Shown: one piece after another, positions 25,711 to 32,201 of the stretch
Layout of the letters: each line of letters starts with the position of its first letter
Numbering within the stretch: position 1 is the stretch's first letter
Origin: a virus
Reading direction: 5' to 3' (one strand)
DNA: 33,266 bases
Virus record (IMG/VR): IMGVR_UViG_3300009481_000051
Coordinates: 1-33,266 of that record
Position numbers and translations under genes: made by a program
The notes under the pieces: model-generated
Database searches by the model: none
The model's input: the letters and a program-made list of their open reading frames with translations, nothing else
Told to the model about the DNA's origin: nothing

Positions 25711-26547
25711 TCAGTTGATCCTTTTCTGCTTTGCCGCCCTCTTGGTCATGGCGGTAATTTCTCCTTGAATGTCGCCGTCAGACTGACCGCCCTTTTTTTT
25801 GGGCGGGGAAGGCTGTCGGCCTTTGCCGTTTTGGCGCGGCATCGCCTCTTGTTCTGTGTCTTGATCTTGTTCTTGATCTTGTTCTTGATCTTGTTCTTGT
25901 TCTTGTTCTTGTTCTTGTTCTGTGTATAGCATAGGCATGGTAGAGGGTATGCGTTGGGTATCCGATAGGGTATGCCAGAGGGTATCGAAAACAATGTCTT
26001 GCGGGTCTGTTTTTGACAGGATGAAAGCGGCCTGAACGTCAAGCGGGGCTTGTTTTGACCACGCTTTCAGGCGATGAAATATCATATCTTCCATTTTCGA
26101 CCGTGCGTCCGTGATGTTCCAGCCGTCGCCACCTTTGGCTGAACCAATGGCTTTGTGTAATATATGGTGGCTGAACGTCAGAAATGCGGCGATTGTCAGA
26201 ACGCTTTCGGGCGCGTGGTCAAACTCTTTTTGCATCCGGCCAATTGCTTCCTGCGGCCCTTGTGGCGCGTTCTTTAATTCCCAATTCCTGATCCGACACA
26301 ACGCCTCATGGTGATCATAATCTATCAGCCCCGCAGCTTCTAGCTGGCCCAGCGCGTCAAGAATGTCAGTCTTGCCGGTGTCAAGATCGTCAGCAATCAC
26401 AACAGGCGCGATCCGGTACAGCCCCAGCGCGTTTCTCATGGGGCTGGTGTGCAGGTACACATAGACCAACTTTGTTGCAGCAGATAGCGGCCTGAATTTT
26501 CGAGACCGCCAGATCGTGCTGGCAATTATCCCCCAAGCATCAGCCAT
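25711..26547 (-). CDS. Putative replication initiator/organiser-like wHTH protein (278 aa) with an (E/D)Q repeat linker
   Basis: The N-terminus WRSRKFRPLSAATKLVYVYLHTSP...LGQLEAAGLIDYD resembles phage replication-organiser N-domains. The low-complexity tract is EQEQEQEQEQDQEQDQEQDQD, and the C-terminus is basic. Confidence 0.45.
   Translation of the reverse strand: MADAWGIIASTIWRSRKFRPLSAATKLVYVYLHTSPMRNALGLYRIAPVVIADDLDTGKTDILDALGQLEAAGLIDYDHHEALCRIRNWELKNAPQGPQEAIGRMQKEFDHAPESVLTIAAFLTFSHHILHKAIGSAKGGDGWNITDARSKMEDMIFHRLKAWSKQAPLDVQAAFILSKTDPQDIVFDTLWHTLSDTQRIPSTMPMLYTEQEQEQEQEQDQEQDQEQDQDTEQEAMPRQNGKGRQPSPPKKKGGQSDGDIQGEITAMTKRAAKQKRIN
25848..25925. repeat. Hexanucleotide tandem array (CTTGTT/CTTGAT, 13 units) inside the replication-like gene
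   Basis: Read directly from the sequence: cttgtt ctgtgt (cttgat cttgtt)x3 (cttgtt)x4 ctgtgt. GATC sites at 25863, 25875 and 25887 are 12 bp apart. Confidence 0.9.
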
Positions 26548-26757
26548 TCAAGCAGCTTTCGGGGCTTCAAAAACCCGGACAAGCGCGACAACCTTGTGCC
26601 TGTTGTCATCCCACCAATATTTTGTTGCCCCGGCGGCTCGTTCCATTTCAGGCCCGCCCAACTTACTACCGCCAGCTGCTACAATCTTAACCGCAACCCC
26701 GACCAACTTATGGTCAAGCGCCGCTACCGTGTGTGCATTGTGAATTGTGACCTGCAT
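26548..26757 (-). CDS. Hypothetical protein (69 aa)
   Basis: Its stop abuts the next ATG. Operon context. Confidence 0.5.
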   Translation of the reverse strand: MQVTIHNAHTVAALDHKLVGVAVKIVAAGGSKLGGPEMERAAGATKYWWDDNRHKVVALVRVFEAPKAA

Positions 26758-26761
26758 AATT

Positions 26762-27109
26762 TTACCCCTGTGCTTCCCGGAAGTCGTCGTTTCTCATTGT
26801 CCCGCCACCAATTCCGGGCTTGGCGACATCATCGTATTTATGATTTGTCTTAATCCGGGTTAGCTCGCGCGACAAATACGCGCCCAGCCGTTGTTCAAGT
26901 GTGAATGCGTCCGTGCCTTGAAACACCTTTAAAACCCACGCAGCAACATGCGGCTTGCACTCCAACATGACCTTGAATTTTGTCTGCATTTCAGGCTTTG
27001 GCAATAATTCCGCCTCGGCACGCACCATCGCGGCACCCAACGTACCACCATCAGCGGTCTGTATTTCCTTCGCCCGCTCCGTAATTTTTTTCTCGCTTGT
27101 TTCAGCCAC
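26762..27109 (-). CDS. Hypothetical protein (115 aa), first gene of the leftward block
   Basis: GTG start with GGTGGGG upstream. It lies downstream of the predicted leftward promoter. Confidence 0.55.
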   Translation of the reverse strand: MAETSEKKITERAKEIQTADGGTLGAAMVRAEAELLPKPEMQTKFKVMLECKPHVAAWVLKVFQGTDAFTLEQRLGAYLSRELTRIKTNHKYDDVAKPGIGGGTMRNDDFREAQG

Positions 27110-27227
27110 TTAACCGCCCCACCAGATTTTATTTACAAAAAAGTTGACTTTATTTACGAAAAGGGGTTGCGAAGGTCAAGCGCTTTCTTTACAAGGGGTG
27201 TTGTAACCACAAAAGGGGAAATATGAT
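27110..27227. promoter_or_regulatory. Divergent control region with a three-copy TTT(A/C)TTTAC motif and a predicted leftward sigma70-like promoter
   Basis: The motif occurs at 27128-27136, 27149-27157 and 27184-27192. The minus strand reads TTGACC (27179-27174), then 17 nt, then TAAATA (27156-27151). This is the only sizeable AT-rich non-coding gap between divergent genes. Confidence 0.55.
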
Positions 27228-27791
27228 ATGACAAAGTACAAAATCACAGCAAAAACTAAAGTCCACTTTGGTATCACCCTACACCAAATTCAAGCAACAG
27301 TTTCTTTCGGCACTGTCGTGAAGGGTGAAATCGGCGGCTGGATCGAAACCGAGAAAAACCTAACTCAAGACGGCAATGCGTGGGTCTCTGGCAATGCGCA
27401 GGTCTTTGGCGGTGCGCAGGTCTCTGGCGATGCGCAGGTCTCTGGCGATGCGCAGGTCTTTGGCGATGCGCAGGTCTTTGGCAATGCGTGGGTCTCTGGC
27501 AATGCGCAGGTCTTTGGCGGTGCGCAGGTCTCTGGCGATGCGCAGGTCTTTGGCAATGCGTGGGTCTCTGGCGATGCGCAGGTCACACCACTTTATGTTC
27601 AGGGGTTAATGTGGCCGGTAACAATTACAGACAAGCACATCAGAATTGGCTGTGAATTTCACCCAATCTCTGAGTGGGAGAAGTTCGACAGTCGCCGCAT
27701 TCTTGAAATGGGAGGCAAGACCGCGCTGAAATTCTGGCAGACGTACAAAAATTTCATCTTGGGTATTGCCAAGACCGAAGAGCGGGGTTGA
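27228..27791 (+). CDS. Hexapeptide-repeat (left-handed beta-helix/bactofilin-like) protein (187 aa), first early gene
   Basis: AAGGGGA RBS. Twelve G-[NDG]-A-[QW]-V-[SF] hexapeptides are flanked by a conserved-looking N-terminus (GITLHQIQA...[13 protein letters not shown]) and C-terminus ([22 protein letters not shown]). Confidence 0.8.
   Translation: MTKYKITAKTKVHFGITLHQIQATVSFGTVVKGEIGGWIETEKNLTQDGNAWVSGNAQVFGGAQVSGDAQVSGDAQVFGDAQVFGNAWVSGNAQVFGGAQVSGDAQVFGNAWVSGDAQVTPLYVQGLMWPVTITDKHIRIGCEFHPISEWEKFDSRRILEMGGKTALKFWQTYKNFILGIAKTEERG
27372..27587. repeat. 12 tandem copies of an 18-bp unit (GGCRRTGCGYRGGTCTYT)
   Basis: Read directly from the sequence. Units 1-3 (27372-27425) are identical to units 7-9 (27480-27533). 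All frames on both strands stay open across the array. Confidence 0.95.
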
Positions 27792-27803
27792 GGATATATC
27801 ACA

Positions 27804-28082
27804 ATGGAAATAACCCACAACATAGACCTATGCTTGCCCGAGGGCCAGCTAGAGGACGTTGCCGCGACTTTCGACATCACAACCGAAGTCGTTGATCGTG
27901 AACCTCATTCATGGGGCGAAGGCCGGGGTAGCAGAACAGATCACAAAGCCGCACTGGTCAGCGTTAAACTTGGTGACGCGACCATTGGCCGTGATCAGTC
28001 TGATTTGATGTTTGGCCCTGATATTGTCGGAGCCGAGGCGACGGTAGAGATATTGCTTAACGATGGAGACTTGGAGCTATGA
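27804..28082 (+). CDS. Strongly acidic small protein (92 aa)
   Basis: GAGGA upstream. By eye, about 20 Asp/Glu against about 6 Lys/Arg. ATGA overlap with the next gene. Confidence 0.6.
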   Translation: MEITHNIDLCLPEGQLEDVAATFDITTEVVDREPHSWGEGRGSRTDHKAALVSVKLGDATIGRDQSDLMFGPDIVGAEATVEILLNDGDLEL

Positions 28083-28312
28083 ATGACCGAACGCCGTCAC
28101 ACGACGATCCGATCTTTGAAGCGTATATCAGGCTGTCATCCGGTCTGCATTTTGCAATCGGCTATCTTAAAGCGTGTCCGGCTGACAATTCGGTCCGACA
28201 GGCTTTACTGCCAGAACTTGAAGCGGCAGCGGCACAGGGCAAGGGAAAATTTCTACAAAGCATTTCAGAAACATATGGAGGCGTCGGCGATGACAATCAC
28301 CCGAAAGGCTAA
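28079..28312 (+). CDS. Hypothetical protein (77 aa)
   Basis: Coupled ATGA start. Operon context. Confidence 0.5.
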   Translation: MNDRTPSHDDPIFEAYIRLSSGLHFAIGYLKACPADNSVRQALLPELEAAAAQGKGKFLQSISETYGGVGDDNHPKG

Positions 28313-28658
28313 ATCTTTACAGGCGGAAAAGGCCAAGGCCGTCAAATATCCGGTCGAGTATTTGGATAGAATAGGCCATCCTGATTGCATGCTGGAAGGA
28401 TTACCCGGCAACCTGCGTGAACCCTACGCCCGCTGGTATTTATTCGGGGCTGAACCCAGCCAATTCCTGCGGGCCGTCATCGACAATGATTTGTTTATGG
28501 CAATGGCCTCAACCGACAGGTGGAGCATCAAGCAACTGCGCGAGACAGTGTTTTGGTTTATCGACCACGCCCCTGCCGCGTGCCACAAAGGCCGTGCGCA
28601 GGCTTGGCAAGATGCCGGTGGCTGGATTGGCCGCGCCAAGGAAAGGGGCGAGTTATGA
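28290..28658 (+). CDS. Hypothetical protein (122 aa)
   Basis: Internal ATG at 28290 preceded by GGAGG 8 nt upstream. The long track ORF (28083-) overlaps the previous gene in another frame. Confidence 0.55.
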   Translation: MTITRKAKSLQAEKAKAVKYPVEYLDRIGHPDCMLEGLPGNLREPYARWYLFGAEPSQFLRAVIDNDLFMAMASTDRWSIKQLRETVFWFIDHAPAACHKGRAQAWQDAGGWIGRAKERGEL

Positions 28659-28873
28659 AATGTCGGTGGCACAAATGCCGCAACAAATTCAAGCCTCGCC
28701 ACCATATGCAGACGTTTTGCTCCGATGATTGTCAACAGCAACGGGCCGCGTGGAAACGGATCAGAGGTGCAGCGCTCGTTGATCCTCTCTTAAATGACGA
28801 TCCGACTGCGCTTGAACGTCACCGCGAAAAGATTTTGAAAGAGGTGGGTCGTGCCAAAAAAAATACCGAGTGA
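28655..28873 (+). CDS. Small FCS/TRASH-like zinc-ribbon protein (72 aa)
   Basis: ATGA-coupled ATG with GGAAAGGGG upstream. The Cys pattern is CRWHKC...FCSDDC. Confidence 0.6.
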   Translation: MKCRWHKCRNKFKPRHHMQTFCSDDCQQQRAAWKRIRGAALVDPLLNDDPTALERHREKILKEVGRAKKNTE

Positions 28874-29123
28874 CAAACTGACCGACTGGCCGCTGGCCGA
28901 TCAGGCGCTTGCCGACCGCATGGCCGCTACCGTGGCGGGACAGGTCTCATGGGTTGATCTTGGCCGCACGGAAACCTGCGCTGAATGCCAGCACTACAGC
29001 GAAAAGGGATCATCCAGTGACGGCTTTGGTTATTGCGGAGAAGCAACCTCGCGCAACGGAAACAAGATGGTAAAGAAAATTCCCAGAACCGCCCGCGCTT
29101 GTAGTCTGTTTGGCACCGAATGA
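28851..29123 (+). CDS. Cys-rich hypothetical protein (90 aa)
   Basis: GTG start after GAGGTGGG. The Cys pattern is CAECQH...GYCGE...ACSLF. Confidence 0.5.
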   Translation: MPKKIPSDKLTDWPLADQALADRMAATVAGQVSWVDLGRTETCAECQHYSEKGSSSDGFGYCGEATSRNGNKMVKKIPRTARACSLFGTE

Positions 29124-29515
29124 GTGCGCGATCAACAAGCAAAAGGCTCCACCTGATTGACAGCCTACTTGGCGGCAAAAAATACAACCCCCGCAAGATA
29201 ATCTGTCCCGCCTGTGCGTTGCCCATGTATGTAAGCCCAAGAGAAACCAATGCAGAATTTACGCTGCGTTACACAATCATAACCGGGGCAGAGCCAACGG
29301 CAAAAGAGATAAAGCGGCGGGTTGCAACAGTCGATCACGTCAAATCCCAAAGAAACGGGGGATCACTACGTTGGGGCAACTTGGTCTTAATATGCCAAAG
29401 CTGTAACGTCGAAAAAGGCCCTCGCCCAATCAGCGAGTGGGCTGCATGGCGGGCCATCAAAGGTCGACCCATTCCGCCACAATTTATAAAAAAGCTCGAA
29501 AGGAAAGAGAGATAA
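29120..29515 (+). CDS. HNH endonuclease (131 aa)
   Basis: The motif VDHVKSQRNGGSLRWGNLVLICQSCNVEKG is preceded by a CPAC pair. ATGA-coupled start. Confidence 0.8.
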   Translation: MSARSTSKRLHLIDSLLGGKKYNPRKIICPACALPMYVSPRETNAEFTLRYTIITGAEPTAKEIKRRVATVDHVKSQRNGGSLRWGNLVLICQSCNVEKGPRPISEWAAWRAIKGRPIPPQFIKKLERKER

Positions 29516-29516
29516 T

Positions 29517-30308
29517 ATGACCAACAGCAACCATGACGATCCGTTTGGCCTGCCGCCGCTTAAAGAGCCTCACGAAGATATAACAAACCAAGACGGCGCA
29601 AGATATTACCACCGCCTGACGCAAGGGTCCGAAGAATGGCATGATCTGCGCCGGGGCTTAATTACTGCCAGCACAATGAACCTAATTTTGACGCCAACCC
29701 TAAAGCTCGCGGCCAACAACACTACGCGAACACTCTTGTATGAGCTCGCTGCCCAGCGGATCACCGGAAAAACAGAAATCGGTTTTGTCAGCTATGACAT
29801 GGAGCGTGGCAAGCTGGCCGAAGTGGACGCGCGGGAAGTGTACAGCAAAAACATTGCCGATGTATCCGAGTGCGGCTTTGTCGTGACCGAGACGACCGAG
29901 GGTGCGACCGTTGGTTACAGCCCGGATGGATTGGTCGGCATGGACGGCCAAATCGAAATCAAATCACGCCTGCCCAAATATCAGGTTAAAACAATTGTTG
30001 AACATATGGCCGCTGGCGTAAAAGCCGATACAGTCATCCCGCCGGAATTTATGCTGCAAGTACAGGCTGGCCTGTTTGTAACCGGGCGCATTTGGTGCGA
30101 TTTCGTCACCCATTCCAACGGCTTCAACATGGCCGTGATCCGATGCCATCCCCTGCATGACTATCAAGAGGCCATCGCCAAGGCAGTCACTGCCGCCGAA
30201 GAACAAATCCAGCGCATTGTCCGGGAATACCAAGCCATCACAGCCGACAAAAACGCAACCATCTGGCCTGTTGATTGGGTCGATTATCATGAGGAAATCA
30301 CTGTATGA
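29517..30308 (+). CDS. YqaJ-type (lambda Exo-like, PD-(D/E)xK) recombination exonuclease (263 aa)
   Basis: AAGGAAAGAGAG RBS. Motifs are GSEEWHDLRRGLITAST, ERGKLAEVDAREVY and YSPDGLVGMDGQIEIKS. Confidence 0.85.
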   Translation: MTNSNHDDPFGLPPLKEPHEDITNQDGARYYHRLTQGSEEWHDLRRGLITASTMNLILTPTLKLAANNTTRTLLYELAAQRITGKTEIGFVSYDMERGKLAEVDAREVYSKNIADVSECGFVVTETTEGATVGYSPDGLVGMDGQIEIKSRLPKYQVKTIVEHMAAGVKADTVIPPEFMLQVQAGLFVTGRIWCDFVTHSNGFNMAVIRCHPLHDYQEAIAKAVTAAEEQIQRIVREYQAITADKNATIWPVDWVDYHEEITV

Positions 30309-30943
30309 CCGATCTTTCAAAAACCATCGAACCCAAAAGTGACCAGTTGAACGCTGACGATCTGATTGCCGGGCCCCGCACTATTACCGTGACGGACGTT
30401 CGCGGCGTGAGCGGTGACGCCCAGCCCATTTCCATCCACTATGAAGGCGACAACGGCAAGCCCTACAAGCCGTGCAAGTCCATGCGCCGGGTGCTGGTTG
30501 TGGTCTGGGGAGCGAGCGGGGCAGACTACGCCGGGCGATCCATGACCCTGTATCGCGACCCGAATGTAAAGTTTGGCGGGATCGCAGTCGGCGGCATTCG
30601 GATCAGCCACATGAGCCATATCAACGATAAAGTCACAATGTCGCTGACCGTAAGCCGGGCAAACCGCAAACCCTACACCGTCAACCCGCTCAAGGGCGCG
30701 GACCAGAACACGACCGCCACCGGACAAAATGTCGATCCCGCAGCCGCAGCGGCGGCGGCACTAATTGCAGCGCAAAACGCGGCGGCAGGTGGCACCAGCG
30801 CGTTTCAAATCTGGTGGAACACCGACGAAGGCAAGGAGGCACGATCATTTTTAACCAGCGACATGGAGGACTTGAAAAAAATATGTAAAGAAGCCGACGA
30901 CCAACAAGACCAATCAAATGGAGAAGAGCATGCCGACGAGTAA
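30305..30943 (+). CDS. Conserved phage protein (212 aa) coupled to the exonuclease; candidate ssDNA-binding/annealing partner
   Basis: ATGA overlap with the exonuclease gene. The protein has a beta-rich N-domain (KFGGIAVGGIRISHMS), an Ala-rich linker and an acidic C-terminal tail (DDQQDQSNGEEHADE). The function is inferred from position. Confidence 0.6.
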   Translation: MTDLSKTIEPKSDQLNADDLIAGPRTITVTDVRGVSGDAQPISIHYEGDNGKPYKPCKSMRRVLVVVWGASGADYAGRSMTLYRDPNVKFGGIAVGGIRISHMSHINDKVTMSLTVSRANRKPYTVNPLKGADQNTTATGQNVDPAAAAAAALIAAQNAAAGGTSAFQIWWNTDEGKEARSFLTSDMEDLKKICKEADDQQDQSNGEEHADE

Positions 30944-31247
30944 AAACAAACGCAGCAACGGAAACACGGCGATCAGACCAGCCACGAAGAAGCCCGCCCC
31001 AGCGGCAAAAGCGCCGACACACGCTGTTGTTGTCTCAGGTCACGGACCAGACGGCTGGGAACAACTGGCCCTTTATCAACCGGGCGGCCAACTACCAACA
31101 GCACCGGGAATGCTGACGGCAATCAGCCGTATCCGTGATGGAGGCCACAGGTCCGTAAACATCGCAGGCTTGATTGAAGTCGATTTGGGGCAGTACCGGG
31201 CATTCAAGGCCGAGGCTGTGCCTGTCGAAGAAACTCCGGCGAAGTGA
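30930..31247 (+). CDS. Hypothetical protein with a basic N-terminus (105 aa)
   Basis: ATG at 30930 with GGAG 6 nt upstream. The ATG at 30918 is an alternative. Confidence 0.5.
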   Translation: MPTSKNKRSNGNTAIRPATKKPAPAAKAPTHAVVVSGHGPDGWEQLALYQPGGQLPTAPGMLTAISRIRDGGHRSVNIAGLIEVDLGQYRAFKAEAVPVEETPAK

Positions 31248-31626
31248 GTACAAAGTTGCACTCTAAGGGCCACCAGATCGCCGCAAACAAGGCGCGCGGG
31301 GGGTATGCCCAAAACACGTCTGCACGGAGTGTGGTGGCCCCTACAAGCGCAGACGCAGGGACGCAGATTTTTGCTCTACCGGGTGCGCGAACAAGTTCAA
31401 CAACCGTCGTCGCCTGCGCGGTGAACAGATTTACGATCTGTTTATGATTAACCGCCATGATCGAGGCTTTGCCAAAACGGCAAGGGTTTGGTTTCGCCTG
31501 ACGCGATTGGCCATGTACTGGCGGGACGATGACAAAGCCAAACGCGATGGTCGCAGGTCATGGGCGAGGCGCGATAAAGTCATGGCGCGAACCGCATGGG
31601 CGATGGCTACTGTAATGAAGGGATAG
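31244..31626 (+). CDS. FCS/TRASH-like zinc-ribbon protein whose frame is interrupted: a -1 shift at the G6 run (31298-31303) is needed for a continuous product
   Basis: The GTG at 31244 overlaps the upstream stop (GTGA) and opens frame 2 (MSTKLHSKGHQIAANKARGG). The protein-like sequence VCPKHVCTECGGPYKRRRRDADFCSTGCANKFNNRRR...MINRHDRGF... lies in frame 1. Frame 1 has no ATG, GTG or TTG between its upstream stop (31264) and 31444. Confidence 0.55.
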
Positions 31627-31628
31627 GG

Positions 31629-31841
31629 CTAAACGAACTCGTCACATGCGGCGCGGTGGACGATCCTTTGAAAGGTCAGTCCCCGCGCCGTTTCCAATGT
31701 GTCTTTGCGCGAAGGCAAAAACAGAGTGTCAGACCAAGCCCGGCAGATTTCTTTTTCAGTCTCTGTACTCAATTTCATCGTCGCGCACCCGCTCAACGTC
31801 GCGGACACGATCACGCACAGCATCAGCTTTTTCTTGGTCAC
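31629..31841 (-). CDS. o-spanin (outer-membrane lipoprotein, 70 aa)
   Basis: GTG start after GAGGGA. The signal peptide and lipobox read MTKKKLMLCVIVSATLSG|C. The gene starts inside the i-spanin gene in another frame (86-nt overlap). Confidence 0.7.
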   Translation of the reverse strand: MTKKKLMLCVIVSATLSGCATMKLSTETEKEICRAWSDTLFLPSRKDTLETARGLTFQRIVHRAACDEFV

Positions 31842-31962
31842 GTTCCCTCGCTTTCACGATCTGGTTTTCAAGCGCGTCATTGACCGCCTTGGCTTTCCAG
31901 CGAAATAACCCGGCGATGAATGCCAGAATAATCAATCCATAGATTTGCAGTTTGAGGTTCAT
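31756..31962 (-). CDS. i-spanin candidate (68 aa): N-terminal TM plus a charged coiled-coil
   Basis: The TM segment IYGLIILAFIAGLF is followed by KAKAVNDALENQIVKARERDQEKADAVRDRVRD. ATGA-coupled start. It is short for an i-spanin. Confidence 0.6.
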   Translation of the reverse strand: MNLKLQIYGLIILAFIAGLFRWKAKAVNDALENQIVKARERDQEKADAVRDRVRDVERVRDDEIEYRD

Positions 31963-32201
31963 GCCTGTTCACCGCCCATGTCGCGGCAAACAACTTCTAT
32001 CCAAACCAACGTGGCCGGAATTGTGGTAAAATATTGTCGTATGTTTCGCTCTACCGTTGTCGTTTTCTCAAGGCAATCGTTTAAGCTGGCGTGAAATTCA
32101 ACAACCTCCGGCTGGTGTGCAGCCGTTACAACGCCAGCGTTGCAGCTCAGAATGCCGCTCGCCAGCGTTGCGCAGACATGGACAATGGCAATAAAGGACA
32201 T
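31959..32201 (-). CDS. Secreted or lipoprotein-like small Cys-containing protein (80 aa)
   Basis: The N-terminus MSFIAIVHVCATLASGILSC is a hydrophobic signal with a lipobox-like ILSC. The ATG has GGGGGA 7 nt upstream and overlaps the endolysin stop. Confidence 0.5.
   Translation of the reverse strand: MSFIAIVHVCATLASGILSCNAGVVTAAHQPEVVEFHASLNDCLEKTTTVERNIRQYFTTIPATLVWIEVVCRDMGGEQA

Noticed and set aside
25746-26042. Alternative-frame ORF encoding an (NK)n repeat; likewise 16491-16835, which encodes a T/A-rich repeat
   Set aside because: These are out-of-frame readings of the hexanucleotide (EQ/DQ) array and of the Asp/Gly-rich scaffold N-terminus. Both lie fully inside better-supported genes on the same strand.
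27372-27587. Possible CRISPR array
   Set aside because: The 18-bp units are directly adjacent with no spacers, are far shorter than CRISPR repeats, and lie in frame inside a coding gene.
27365-27655. Three extra ORFs across the 18-bp repeat array (27365-27586 minus, 27376-27609 plus, 27380-27655 plus)
   Set aside because: These are artefacts of the tandem repeat keeping every frame open. Only the 27228-27791 frame has an RBS, non-repetitive flanking domains and a sensible hexapeptide pattern.
31305-31424. ATG-initiated ORF MPKTRLHGVWWPLQAQTQGRRFLL... in the third frame of the Zn-ribbon region
   Set aside because: It is short and has no RBS or motif. The Zn-ribbon frame (CxxC...FCSxxC) is clearly the meaningful one.
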